Source of the DNA: an uncultured Candidatus Saccharibacteria bacterium
Lineage (GTDB): Bacteria; Patescibacteriota; Minisyncoccia; Phycocordibacterales; Zambryskibacteraceae
Length of the DNA: 64,000 nucleotides
Assembly (NCBI GenBank): GCA_964446535.1
Contig: CAYUOR010000002.1
Location: 43,372-107,371 of the forward strand
Direction of reading: 5' to 3'
The position numbers were made by a program, and so were the translations under genes. Below the pieces are notes generated by a model. It did not search any database, was not told where the DNA came from, and saw only the letters and a list, made by a program, of their open reading frames with translations. Position 1 is the stretch's first letter. Each line of letters opens with the position of its first letter. Below, one piece after another: positions 8,499 to 18,917 of this stretch.

Positions 8499-8567
8499 TC
8501 ATTCTCATTCTAGAACAAGTTGTGGGGATAACAAGTTTGCGAATGAAGTATTTTGGCTTAGAATCTA

Positions 8568-9725
8568 ATGTATAAGCTATCTCTTAAATTGACTAAAATT
8601 ACGAACATAAGTAGAGAGGGAGTTCTTAAATTAGTCTTTACGGTGTTTGTTGCGTTTTTCCTTGTGCCGTCTATAAGTTTCGCCGACTTTGTGTGGAGCT
8701 CGATTGGCTCTAACAGTGGTCAGGGATTCGGAGAGTGCGCCAACCCACAGGTAACTTGTATTTTTAGCGGCTCTCCTTACGAGACCGCGAACTGTACTAT
8801 CAGTGATGAATTATCGGGAACTTCTTATGAGAATTATGTTTGCAACGAAGCAAATCTGGGACAGAATTTGACGGAAAGACAAGGAACGTCTTGCGTTAAT
8901 CCGCCAAACACCGGCACCTGGAGTGAAGATTATTATGAATGTCAGTGGTCTGGTCCCATCACACTCACCACATCCATAAGTTCCGGACAGGGAACAGTCT
9001 CTGCACCAGGAATAAGCTGTCCAGGTGATTGTAGCGAAAACTTTAGTTACGGTACCTGGGTAACAATTGTTGCGACACCAGATTCTGCCAATGGATACAG
9101 CTTCGGTTCTTGGGCGGGGGCGTGCCTGGGGCAGACTTCCATTTGTTCTGTACAGATGAACGGAAGCAGGAGTACCAGTGTAAGTTTTAACGCCCCTGCG
9201 GCGCCGACAGTATCTCTAAACGCAAGTCCAAACCCGGTTTCTTATAACAGCGCATCAAATCTTTCCTGGTCTTCATCTAATGCCACAAGCTGTACTGCGT
9301 CGGGCGCCTGGTCAGGTTCCAAGGCGCTTAGCGGAACACAATCAACAGGCAATTTAATTTCCGATCAAACCTACACTCTTACATGTAACGGCGCGGGCGG
9401 CTCGGCATCGCGCTCGGTAACTGTGGGGGTCCTTAGTGGCGGCATGTCCGTTTCCTGCTCCGCCAACCCGACAACAGCTCTCCTCGGGCAAAACATAACT
9501 TGGACAGCCACAGTCTCGGGCGGTGTCCCGCCATACACTTATTCTTGGGCAGGTACCGACATACCTACGACACCCGCGCCGTCAACCAATCCTTATACGA
9601 GAAGTTACAGCACTATCGGGCAGAAGAACGCTACGGTAACCGTTACGGGAGGAAATTCTGCACAGGCAACTTGTCCGCCGGCCGTGGTGCAAATAAACTT
9701 CAATCCAGACTTTGAAGAATTTTAA
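8568..9725 (+). CDS. Secreted Cys-rich Ig/PKD/InlB-B-repeat-like adhesin
   Basis: Signal peptide; GTV..ISCPGDC..F.SW.GAC repeat; Ig-like domains; C-terminus QINFNPDFEEF. Confidence 0.8.
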   Translation: MYKLSLKLTKITNISREGVLKLVFTVFVAFFLVPSISFADFVWSSIGSNSGQGFGECANPQVTCIFSGSPYETANCTISDELSGTSYENYVCNEANLGQNLTERQGTSCVNPPNTGTWSEDYYECQWSGPITLTTSISSGQGTVSAPGISCPGDCSENFSYGTWVTIVATPDSANGYSFGSWAGACLGQTSICSVQMNGSRSTSVSFNAPAAPTVSLNASPNPVSYNSASNLSWSSSNATSCTASGAWSGSKALSGTQSTGNLISDQTYTLTCNGAGGSASRSVTVGVLSGGMSVSCSANPTTALLGQNITWTATVSGGVPPYTYSWAGTDIPTTPAPSTNPYTRSYSTIGQKNATVTVTGGNSAQATCPPAVVQINFNPDFEEF

Positions 9726-9727
9726 AT

Positions 9728-12088
9728 ATGAAGTATAAGATTATTACACTCTTAATATTTCTCTCATCAGCAAGTTTTGCTTACGCCGGCACTTGGTCGG
9801 CGCCGATTAACCACCCGGGGATTCCTCCGCCGAATCAATTCTGCGACCAGCCGCCGCTTTATCCGACAAGTCAGATGCCAACGGGGAGTGCTTGTTCGCC
9901 GGACGGGAGCACATATACTTTCGGTTCTATGTCAATGTGTGATTTGGGTGGGGGAGAATTTTCCACGTATCAAAACGCGAACAATGTTCAACAGCAGACA
10001 TGTAACCCCTCTGGCAATACACCGCCGACCGCTAACGCTGGTATAGACAGAACGATAACTCAGCCGACATCTTCGGCAACCCCAAGTGGCGCTTCGGCGA
10101 GTGATCCGGGTGGCTCTGTTGCTTCTACAGTCTGGTCGTTTGTGAGCGGCCCCGGGTCAACGCCGACAATATCAAATAGCACAACCCTGACCCCCACCTT
10201 TAACGGCATGGCTACCGCCGGAGTTTACACTTTTCGTCTTCGGGTAACTGACAACCTGGGACTTTTTACCGACGACACCATGACCGTTACGGTTAACGTG
10301 GCAACGCCGCAGTGCAACGATGGCATAGATAATGATGGTGACACCAGAATCGATATTGGTGACTGGGGTTGCCACTCAGATAACAACGCAACAAATGCTG
10401 CGTCGTACGTTTCCACTGACAATGACGAGTCAAACCCATATTGCAATGTTCCTGGTTGGGGCGCGGAGGAACTTGTCTACGATGGCGATCTTTCGGGTCC
10501 TGGAGGTGTAGGTTGGTGTAACAGCACTTCTTACGGCGCCTGTCCATCAAATCTTGGCGGTGGGCCAACATCGGTTAGCGCTAAAGGTAGCGCGGCGGCG
10601 TGTTGCAGGGGACAAGATTACTTGGGTTGGATTAGACAATGTACTGGAAGTCCGCCCGCGCCGATTGATGGGGCCTGTGGTTCGGAGGCCGGCAACACTT
10701 TACCTGCGGAACCGACCGGCGGGCCATCAGCCTGCGCCTCTGGAACTTTCAACGCATCTACACCAGCAGATACCTCCACAAACTGGAATTGGACGTGTAA
10801 CGGTATAAATGGGGGTTCTTCTGTACAGTGTACGGCTACAAAATCTTCTGGCGGAGCTCCGCCGGCGTGTCCATACGGAATTCAATCAACGCAGACAACA
10901 TCAGCCAAGGCCTTTGATGCACCGGACACATATCCAGACAACATGTGGGGTAACTGGTCACCAGTATGTGGAACTAGTTGGGATGCGCCGTTTATGAATG
11001 ATGCCGCTATTTTTGCTAGAAATGCTGGAGTTCCAGAAAGTCCAGATGTAGATGCTATGGAGGTAGCGTTTGGCTGGTTTCCACAGCCGGGCGCACCAGA
11101 GGAGTATGATACAACAACTGGCAATACCACTCGTCTTAGTTGGGTTTTCGACCAATGGCAAGGTAGCCAAGCAGATCTTATTCCGTGCGTCGGTCAAATT
11201 ACGGTTAACGTCTGCAATGCCCCGCCGAATTACACTTTAACTACAGCAGTTTCTCCTGGTGGTTCGGGCACGGTTAGCGCCACAGGGATAAGTTGCCCAG
11301 GTGACTGTACCGAGTCTTACGTTGTGAACACCATGGTAACAGTGGTGGCCACACCAGCAGTCGGGTACGCCTTTAGTAGTTGGTCGGGGGCTTGCGCCGG
11401 ACAGCCGTCGAGCTGTTCGTTGCAAATGGATGGTAACAAAAATACAACAGCGAACTTTGTCCTGTCTCCAACTTTTGACTACAGCATTTCGAATTCAGGA
11501 ACTTCTAATGTCACAAAGACTGCCGGTGATGCCTACACAACGAATACGATTACAAGAACGCTTACCTCTGGCACCACGGAAGCCGTGACAATTACGGCGA
11601 CAGGCATGCCATCAGGTGTTTCTGTAAGCTACGATGGCAACCGCACCTGCTCACCGAACCCGAGCTGCGTATCTACGATAACCTTCACCGTGAACTCTTC
11701 CACGGCGGCAGGGACCTATAACATTACTGTGACGAGTGCGGGTGACGGCACACCCGGGCCGAGATCAACAAACTTCAACCTTGTTGTTACGCAACCATCT
11801 GGACTCTCTGTCAGCTGTTCTGCCAATCCGACAAGCGCCATGATAGGGGACAACATTACCTGGACAGCAACACCTTCGGGCGGTACTTCGCCCTACACGT
11901 ATTCTTGGTCTGGCACCGATATTCCGACAAGCCCGGCGCCAACAACGAATCCATACATTAAAAAATATGAGACTATAGGAACGAAGACCGCGACGGTTAC
12001 GGTAACAGATGCGGGTTCGTTTCAGGCAACCTGTAACCCAGCTGCCGTGACCCAGATCAATTTCGACCCGTCCTTCGAGGAATTTTAA
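9728..12088 (+). CDS. Large secreted Cys-rich PKD/InlB-B-repeat-like adhesin
   Basis: Signal peptide; PPTANAG PKD domain; CNDGIDNDGD Ca-binding-like motif; shares two domains with 8568-9725; C-terminus QINFDPSFEEF. Confidence 0.82.
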   Translation: MKYKIITLLIFLSSASFAYAGTWSAPINHPGIPPPNQFCDQPPLYPTSQMPTGSACSPDGSTYTFGSMSMCDLGGGEFSTYQNANNVQQQTCNPSGNTPPTANAGIDRTITQPTSSATPSGASASDPGGSVASTVWSFVSGPGSTPTISNSTTLTPTFNGMATAGVYTFRLRVTDNLGLFTDDTMTVTVNVATPQCNDGIDNDGDTRIDIGDWGCHSDNNATNAASYVSTDNDESNPYCNVPGWGAEELVYDGDLSGPGGVGWCNSTSYGACPSNLGGGPTSVSAKGSAAACCRGQDYLGWIRQCTGSPPAPIDGACGSEAGNTLPAEPTGGPSACASGTFNASTPADTSTNWNWTCNGINGGSSVQCTATKSSGGAPPACPYGIQSTQTTSAKAFDAPDTYPDNMWGNWSPVCGTSWDAPFMNDAAIFARNAGVPESPDVDAMEVAFGWFPQPGAPEEYDTTTGNTTRLSWVFDQWQGSQADLIPCVGQITVNVCNAPPNYTLTTAVSPGGSGTVSATGISCPGDCTESYVVNTMVTVVATPAVGYAFSSWSGACAGQPSSCSLQMDGNKNTTANFVLSPTFDYSISNSGTSNVTKTAGDAYTTNTITRTLTSGTTEAVTITATGMPSGVSVSYDGNRTCSPNPSCVSTITFTVNSSTAAGTYNITVTSAGDGTPGPRSTNFNLVVTQPSGLSVSCSANPTSAMIGDNITWTATPSGGTSPYTYSWSGTDIPTSPAPTTNPYIKKYETIGTKTATVTVTDAGSFQATCNPAAVTQINFDPSFEEF

Positions 12089-12115
12089 TAGACAAATTTA
12101 GGATATAATTAAAAT

Positions 12116-12640
12116 ATGGAACCGAATCAAATGCCACAGACGCCATCGCAAGGGCCTGACAAGAAAACGCTCATTGCCGTTGTCGTTGTTTTAGTAATAC
12201 TTGCCGCAGGATACCTCTTGGCTACGAAGTATGACAAAAGAATGGGAATAAAGGATGGTGACAAGGCGAGCGAAACCATTCCACTAGAGGTTAGTGTTAC
12301 CCACACGGAACGAGTCAACGGCGTCTTACCCCCTCCGCCCGGCTTTCCTTCCGATATCCCGGTTGAAAAAACGGACATTAGAGAGAGCGCCACAACACAA
12401 TATCCGACCCTTGACGCCAAACAGCTAAGTTTAAATTATCAAACCTCAAAGACGGTTGCCCAGAAATTGACGGAATACAGAGATTATATGAAAAAAGCCG
12501 GCTACAGCGTGAGTGAAAGTAGCGCTTCTGCTCCCGTAAAAGCACTCTTTGGCACCAAAGATGATGCCAATCTCACTGTAGTTATCAGCAACGCAGGCAG
12601 TGGAAAAACTTTGGTTCAGGTCGCCTATCTTCTTAAGTAG
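12116..12640 (+). CDS. Membrane-anchored hypothetical protein
   Basis: N-terminal TM; PPGFPSDIPV motif; TATAAT 6 nt before ATG. Confidence 0.75.
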   Translation: MEPNQMPQTPSQGPDKKTLIAVVVVLVILAAGYLLATKYDKRMGIKDGDKASETIPLEVSVTHTERVNGVLPPPPGFPSDIPVEKTDIRESATTQYPTLDAKQLSLNYQTSKTVAQKLTEYRDYMKKAGYSVSESSASAPVKALFGTKDDANLTVVISNAGSGKTLVQVAYLLK

Positions 12641-12698
12641 CTTTCTCTCTTTGCGCCCATATCGACGCGCCCCTGGCGTGGTAGAATAAAATTCTAAT

Positions 12699-14450
12699 AT
12701 GCATATTGATGAGGCGAAACTCGAGGGTTTCATGATCGACTCTGGACTTGTTTCCAGAAAGGATATCGATGCGGCCAAAGTTGAGGCAAAGAAAAAAAAT
12801 ACAAGTATCGGTGAAATTCTTGTAAACCGTGGGGCTCTTACCGAGGATGACCTTCGCCGAATGCAGGCCTATATTCTCGGCATCCCATTTGTGGATTTAA
12901 AAAACCAGAAACTTGATTTCTCGGTTCTCTCGCTCGTTCCGGAACCCATAGCAAGAAACCACAACATTGTTGCGTTCAAGAAAGTAAATGACAGTCTTGA
13001 GGTTGCGATGTTAGACACCGACGATCTTACCGCAATTGACTTTGTTAAGAAAAAGGTTGGCTTAAGAGTTCTGCCCCGCTTGACTGACGCCGAAAGTATG
13101 AAGTGGGCACTGCTTTCATATCAAAAAACTCTTAAGGCCGAGTTCGGAGATATCATCCAGAAAGAAGCAAGCTCTCTTAAAACGGTTAGTGAGGGCGATG
13201 AAGGGGATATAGCCGAAGGGGATCTTAAGAAACTGGCTACCGATATACCGGTTGTTCGTATTGTGGACACCCTTCTCAAACATGCAATTATCCAAGACGC
13301 CTCCGATATACACATAGAGCCAGAGGAGGACAAAGTTCTTGTTCGCTACAGAGTAGACGGTATTTTGCGCGACGCCATGATTCTGCCGAAAAATACTGCT
13401 TCCGGCATAACGGCGCGCATTAAGGTTCTCGCCAACCTTAAACTTGATGAGAAGCGTCTGCCGCAAGACGGGCGATTTAAGATTGATGTAGGCGGAGAGA
13501 AGGTTTCTTTTCGAGTCTCGACTCTGCCGGTCTACTACGGGGAAAAAACTGTGATGCGACTTCTGCGCGAGAGTGTTTCCGGCTTTACTCTTGAGAGTTT
13601 GGGTTTTCACAACAAGGGCCTGGAAGATTTACACCACTCGCTCAAAGCAACGACCGGCATGATCCTTGCCACCGGCCCGACGGGTTCCGGCAAAACCACC
13701 ACCCTCTACACCATGCTTGATATCGTCAATACCCCAGACGTTAATATTTCTACGATAGAAGATCCGGTTGAATATCAGATGACGAGAATTAATCAGACCC
13801 AAGTCCGTCCAGAAATTGGCCTCACTTTTGCCAACGGCCTTAGAACTCTCGTGCGCCAGGACCCAGACATTATTATGGTCGGAGAAATTCGTGACAACGA
13901 GACGGCCGCCCTCGCCATCAACGCCTCTCTAACCGGACACCTCGTTCTCTCAACTCTCCACACGAATTCCGCCGCTGGTGCGATACCGCGCCTTCTTGAT
14001 ATGAAAGTTGAACCATTCCTTTTAGTTTCTACGCTCAACGTGGTCATTGCCCAACGCCTGATTCGTCGTCTTGCCGCGTCAAAGACCAAGTATTTTTTAA
14101 ACAAAGATGAACTTGACTCACTCTCTAAAATTGTCTCTCTTGACCGCATGCTCGGATTTCTAAGGGAAGGTAAGATTATTGATAAAAAGGATGGATTCGA
14201 AAAGGTGCCCTTCTGGAAACCGAATCCCGGCAAAGATTCCGAGGATGGCTACTCAAGCCGTATTGGAATTCATGAAGTCTTACCTGTTACCGCGACTATT
14301 AAAAACCTGATTATGAAAGGGGCGACTGATCAAGAAATCGAAGAGCAGGCCAAGTCCGAAGGTATGATGACTATGGTTGAAGACGGTATTTTTAAGGCAG
14401 CGCAGGGTATTACTACTATAGAAGAAGTTCTAAGGGTCGTTTCAGAATAA
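12699..14450 (+). CDS. pilB: Type IV pilus assembly ATPase PilB/GspE
   Basis: ASDIHIEP, LPQDGR, GPTGSGKTT, EDPVE, RQDPDIIMVGEIRD, LSTLHTN. Confidence 0.95.
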   Translation: MHIDEAKLEGFMIDSGLVSRKDIDAAKVEAKKKNTSIGEILVNRGALTEDDLRRMQAYILGIPFVDLKNQKLDFSVLSLVPEPIARNHNIVAFKKVNDSLEVAMLDTDDLTAIDFVKKKVGLRVLPRLTDAESMKWALLSYQKTLKAEFGDIIQKEASSLKTVSEGDEGDIAEGDLKKLATDIPVVRIVDTLLKHAIIQDASDIHIEPEEDKVLVRYRVDGILRDAMILPKNTASGITARIKVLANLKLDEKRLPQDGRFKIDVGGEKVSFRVSTLPVYYGEKTVMRLLRESVSGFTLESLGFHNKGLEDLHHSLKATTGMILATGPTGSGKTTTLYTMLDIVNTPDVNISTIEDPVEYQMTRINQTQVRPEIGLTFANGLRTLVRQDPDIIMVGEIRDNETAALAINASLTGHLVLSTLHTNSAAGAIPRLLDMKVEPFLLVSTLNVVIAQRLIRRLAASKTKYFLNKDELDSLSKIVSLDRMLGFLREGKIIDKKDGFEKVPFWKPNPGKDSEDGYSSRIGIHEVLPVTATIKNLIMKGATDQEIEEQAKSEGMMTMVEDGIFKAAQGITTIEEVLRVVSE

Positions 14451-14461
14451 AAAATAGTCAC

Positions 14462-15673
14462 ATGGCTCTCTATAAATACAAAGCAAAAGATAAGGAAGGA
14501 AAAATCTACGAGCGTGCGGCTGACGTTAAAAATCGTGCTGAAATCTACAATATTATTCGCGAGGAAGGGGGCACCCTTGTTTCTATAGAGGAGGCAAAAA
14601 GTATTTTTTCCAAAGGGCTTATCTGGAATTTTTTTAGCGGTATAAAAACTCACCAGAAAATAATTTTTGCAAAAAACTTAGGTTTAATGATGGACGCTGG
14701 ATTGCCTGTTACTCGGGCACTTTCTGTTATGGCGAAGCAAGCTAAGGGCAAAGCCATGAAAAAACTTCTCTCTGATCTAGAAGAAGACATAAGTCATGGT
14801 CAAACTCTTTCGGAATCTCTGCACAAGCATCCACGAATTTTTTCACCCCTTTTCGTATCTATGGTTAAGGCGGGCGAAGAATCCGGCAATGTCTCTGGCG
14901 CTCTGGCTATTGTTGCGAATCAAATGGAGAAGACATATCTATTGGCGAAAAAAGTGCGAGGCGCCATGATTTATCCGGCCGTTATCATTGTCGTGATGAT
15001 TGCACTTGCGATACTGCTTCTCATATATATGGTTCCCACTCTTACGGCAACCTTTGAAGGTCTGGGAGTCGAACTTCCGCTACCGACAAGAATCCTCATT
15101 GCCTCAAGTAACTTTATGGTCGATAACACGTTTCTCGTTCTTTCTGTTCTCGCGCTCTTTGTAGGCTTATCTATAATGTTTTTCAGAAGCAAACTCGGCA
15201 GGAGCATTACGGACGTCGTATTCCTTCGCCTACCGGCAATTGGCGAGATGGTTAGAGAGTTTGAATCTGCGAGAAGCGCCCGCACCCTTTCATCCCTTCT
15301 TGGTGCCGGGGTGGAGATTATCGTTGCTCTCGACGTTACCATAGATGTCTTGCAAAACCATCTTTACAAGGAAGCGCTCGGCAGCGCTCGTAGTGCGGTG
15401 GAAAAAGGTGAGCCGATGTCGGAAGTTTTTATCAAGCACGAACACCTTTACCCGCGCTTTGTCGGAGAGATGGTGGCAGTAGGTGAGGAGACGGGCAAAA
15501 TTTCAGAGATGTTGAAAGGAGTTGCCGATTACTACGAAGAAGAGGTAGACCAAAAGACCAAAAATCTTTCAACAATTATTGAGCCAGTACTCATGATTAT
15601 TATCGGTATCGGGGTTGGAGTTTTCGCTATCTCGATGCTCGCCCCAACGTATTCTTTGGTCGATTATATTTAA
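14462..15673 (+). CDS. pilC: Type IV pilus platform protein PilC/GspF
   Basis: Two T2SSF repeats (AGEESG..AMIYP; VGEETG..IIEP). Confidence 0.95.
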   Translation: MALYKYKAKDKEGKIYERAADVKNRAEIYNIIREEGGTLVSIEEAKSIFSKGLIWNFFSGIKTHQKIIFAKNLGLMMDAGLPVTRALSVMAKQAKGKAMKKLLSDLEEDISHGQTLSESLHKHPRIFSPLFVSMVKAGEESGNVSGALAIVANQMEKTYLLAKKVRGAMIYPAVIIVVMIALAILLLIYMVPTLTATFEGLGVELPLPTRILIASSNFMVDNTFLVLSVLALFVGLSIMFFRSKLGRSITDVVFLRLPAIGEMVREFESARSARTLSSLLGAGVEIIVALDVTIDVLQNHLYKEALGSARSAVEKGEPMSEVFIKHEHLYPRFVGEMVAVGEETGKISEMLKGVADYYEEEVDQKTKNLSTIIEPVLMIIIGIGVGVFAISMLAPTYSLVDYI

Positions 15674-15678
15674 TTTTA

Positions 15679-16149
15679 ATGAATTCAAAATCTATTAGTC
15701 GAGGTTTTACATTGTTAGAACTTCTGCTCGTTATAGTTATTGTTACTGTAGTGGCTGCTCTCGGTGTGTTTTCCTTTACAAAACTTAATTCTTCTCAGGC
15801 ATTGGAAAAAAGTGCCGACCTGGTAGTTTCTACTCTTAATGAGGCCAGAGCACTTACTCTCTCTTCAAAAGGAGATACGCAGTACGGCGTTTACATTGAG
15901 CCTTCGCAGATAGTTTTATTTTCTGGTAATTCATACTCCTCCTCAGATCCGGCCAACAGAGTAAACACCCTACATTCACTAGTGGGTATTCAAAATATTA
16001 ATCTTTCTGGCGGTGGTACAAGCGTAATTTTTGAACGTCTAACGGGTGGCACTAATCAAGCGGGCACGCTGGAGATTTTCTTAAGATCTTCTCCGGGGAC
16101 GTATCGCACCATTACCATTACGGGAACAGGGATAGTAGAATTAGACTAA
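15679..16149 (+). CDS. Prepilin-type minor pilin (FimT/GspH-like)
   Basis: RG|FTLLELL class III signal. Confidence 0.9.
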   Translation: MNSKSISRGFTLLELLLVIVIVTVVAALGVFSFTKLNSSQALEKSADLVVSTLNEARALTLSSKGDTQYGVYIEPSQIVLFSGNSYSSSDPANRVNTLHSLVGIQNINLSGGGTSVIFERLTGGTNQAGTLEIFLRSSPGTYRTITITGTGIVELD

Positions 16150-16156
16150 TAGCTCT

Positions 16157-16648
16157 ATGAAAAACTTTCCGAACCATTCTACGCGCGGATTGACTCTGGT
16201 GGAGGTGCTTGTTGCCGCTTCTATAATTTTGGTTTTTCTTCTGGCGCTTTTCGGCGCCCACAATCTCTATTTGAAGGCCGCATTTTCTAGCGGCGAGGTT
16301 ATTAAGGCAACCACCTTAGCAGAAGAGAGCTTAGAGGTAGTTAGATTTTTAAGAAACGGCTCTTGGGATAGAAACATTGCACCCCTTTCTCTCGACACCG
16401 ATTATTTTTTAACTTTTAACTCTGGCATTTGGGCAACAAGTACCACTAATGCTTTTTTAGATAATCTCTTTGAAAGAAAAATTAGATTATCGGCCGTTTA
16501 TCGTGACGTCAATGGAGATATTGTTTCCTCAGGAGGAACCCTGGATCCTGATACCAGACTAGTAGTCTCAACTGTTTCATGGCAGCTAAGAAATACGACG
16601 ACCACTCGATCCGTATCCACGTACTTAACAGACCTGTATGAAAACTAA
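16157..16648 (+). CDS. Prepilin-type minor pilin (PilV-like)
   Basis: RG|LTLVEVLVA; A..LAEE.LE.VR. Confidence 0.9.
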   Translation: MKNFPNHSTRGLTLVEVLVAASIILVFLLALFGAHNLYLKAAFSSGEVIKATTLAEESLEVVRFLRNGSWDRNIAPLSLDTDYFLTFNSGIWATSTTNAFLDNLFERKIRLSAVYRDVNGDIVSSGGTLDPDTRLVVSTVSWQLRNTTTTRSVSTYLTDLYEN

Positions 16649-17150
16649 AATATTGAAAAACAAACGCGGGTTCACTTTAATCGAGATGCTGATTTACATA
16701 TTCATTTTAATATTAATGCTTGGGGTTATTATGAACATAACCATTTCGGTAATTAATTCCGGAAAAATTGTAAAAGCTCTACGAAATATTGAAAACTCAA
16801 CTCTGACGAGTTTCGAGCGTATTTCAAGGGAGTTACGCCAAGCCGAAAGTGTGAATCTCTCTTCGAGCGTCTTGAGTGTTCATCCTGGCCATCTTGTACT
16901 TGTGGGCACTGACGACTTTGGTGCACCACGCACCGTCGAATTTCGTCTATCTGGCAATGTTTTAATGCTTAGAGAAAATGGTATTGATGTGGGCGCCTTA
17001 ACCGAGCCTAACACAAGGGTAACTGAACTTATTTTTCGACGCTTCGTTAACTCCAATTCGGAGGGAATCAGAACAGAAATCACGCTTGAGAGTGGTACCA
17101 GTACTAGTTATCGTTCAAGCAAATTTTATTACTCCGCTATCATAAGATAA
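16638..17150 (+). CDS. Prepilin-type minor pilin (PilW-like)
   Basis: RG|FTLIEMLIY; ..ISRELRQA. Confidence 0.9.
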   Translation: MKTKILKNKRGFTLIEMLIYIFILILMLGVIMNITISVINSGKIVKALRNIENSTLTSFERISRELRQAESVNLSSSVLSVHPGHLVLVGTDDFGAPRTVEFRLSGNVLMLRENGIDVGALTEPNTRVTELIFRRFVNSNSEGIRTEITLESGTSTSYRSSKFYYSAIIR

Positions 17151-17152
17151 GC

Positions 17153-18883
17153 ATGAAAAATCAAAATTCTATTTCATATAATCGGGGACAGGCGATGATG
17201 GTTGCCACCATACTTTTTCTTGTAGTTTCACTCACCATTATTTTTGGCATTAGTGCACCAATTTTGAAACAGCAAAAAATAACTTCGCAACACGTACTTT
17301 CTCGTCAAAGTTATTTTCTAGCAGAAGCCGGGCTCGAAGATGTTCTCTTTAGACTTAGAACAGGAAAACCCGTCGGTGCAAACGAGACTATCAGCCTTAA
17401 CGGATCTAGCGTGACCATCGTCACGACTGATGTTTTTGACGGCAAAGAAGTGGTGGCCACAGGTAATGCTGGCGAGGCCGTGCGCAAGGTTAGGGCAGGG
17501 GTCACAATGGGTGTTGGAGCAGTGTTCGGCTACGGTGTGCAAGTTGGAGCTGGCGGGCTTACTATGGGCAATAACTCCGTCATTAACGGCAGCGTCTATT
17601 CAAATGGCAATATAACCGGTAGTGGCAATATTACGGGCACTGCTTTTGCCGCCAATTCTTCCGCTCTTAGTGCTGACCAAACAAATGATTCCGGAACTCC
17701 GGCGTATGATATAACTTTTGGCAACGCAAATGGTACCCAGGATTTTGCTCAAAGTTTTCAAGTTAGCGCAACTGGTGTTGTTAATAAAGTTGACCTATAC
17801 ATAAAAAAGGTTAGCACCCCCGGTAATTTAACTGTAAGAATTGTTTCAAACTCCGGATCAAATCCAAGCTCAACCACTCTAGCATCAGGCACACTTTCTG
17901 CTTCACTAGTTTCTACTAACTACGGCTGGGTCAGTGTGCCCCTATCTTCAAATCCGGAATTAACCGTTGGCACTACCTACTGGATAGTCATTGATGGGGT
18001 CACCAACTCTTCTCGCTATTACATTATTGGGGCAAATGATAATGGATATGGAAACGGTACAGGTAAAATTGGACAACATTCTGGCACTTGGAATAACACG
18101 ACCCCTTCCGGACTTGATGGTTTTTTTAAACTATATATGGGTGGTCTGACCGGACTTATTAGTGGTATTAACATTGGCTCTGGTGGTGTCGGCAATGCTT
18201 ATGCGCACACGGTAAATAATTCTAATATTGCTGGCACCAATTATTGCCAAACCGGAACCGGCAATAATAAACCATGCAACACATCTCTACCCGACCCCAC
18301 GCAGGTAGCCATGCCTATTTCCGAGCAGAATATTTTAGATTGGAAAGCAGATGCAGAAGCTGGTGGCACTATTTCCGGAAATTATACTTTGAACGACAAT
18401 ACTGGCACCTTGGGACCAAAGAAAATCACCGGCAATCTAACAGTTCAGAATAATGCAGACCTTACATTAACAGGAACAGTTTGGGTAATGGGAAATGTAT
18501 TGATTGATAACAATGCGACAGTCAGACTTGATTCAAGTTACGGCACGTCTGATGGAGTCATGGTTGCTGACGGCACAATTACAATCCAGAACAATGCCAC
18601 TTTTGCTGGCTCGGGCTCTCCCGGGAGCTACCTCATGACACTCTCCACCTCTAATTCAACGAGCGCTATTACGCTTAACAACAACGGCGGTTCAGTAATC
18701 CTCTATGCCGCCAACGGCACTGTTAATTTAAGCAATAATGGAAGTGCCAAGTCTTTAAATGGAAAGTTTATAAACCTGAACAATAATGCCGTGGTGATTT
18801 ATGATAGTGGGCTTGCAAATTCAAACTTCGTCAACGGTCCATCCGGGGGTTGGGATATCTCAAGTTGGCAAGAGACCGAATAA
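17153..18883 (+). CDS. Large PilX/GspK-like minor pilin with beta-rich extension
   Basis: RG|QAMMV without Glu5; SYFLAEAGLED; C-terminus SSWQETE. Confidence 0.82.
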   Translation: MKNQNSISYNRGQAMMVATILFLVVSLTIIFGISAPILKQQKITSQHVLSRQSYFLAEAGLEDVLFRLRTGKPVGANETISLNGSSVTIVTTDVFDGKEVVATGNAGEAVRKVRAGVTMGVGAVFGYGVQVGAGGLTMGNNSVINGSVYSNGNITGSGNITGTAFAANSSALSADQTNDSGTPAYDITFGNANGTQDFAQSFQVSATGVVNKVDLYIKKVSTPGNLTVRIVSNSGSNPSSTTLASGTLSASLVSTNYGWVSVPLSSNPELTVGTTYWIVIDGVTNSSRYYIIGANDNGYGNGTGKIGQHSGTWNNTTPSGLDGFFKLYMGGLTGLISGINIGSGGVGNAYAHTVNNSNIAGTNYCQTGTGNNKPCNTSLPDPTQVAMPISEQNILDWKADAEAGGTISGNYTLNDNTGTLGPKKITGNLTVQNNADLTLTGTVWVMGNVLIDNNATVRLDSSYGTSDGVMVADGTITIQNNATFAGSGSPGSYLMTLSTSNSTSAITLNNNGGSVILYAANGTVNLSNNGSAKSLNGKFINLNNNAVVIYDSGLANSNFVNGPSGGWDISSWQETE

Positions 18884-18917
18884 ATAGTTCTGGCGCTCTT
18901 GTTATATAATAGGACAA

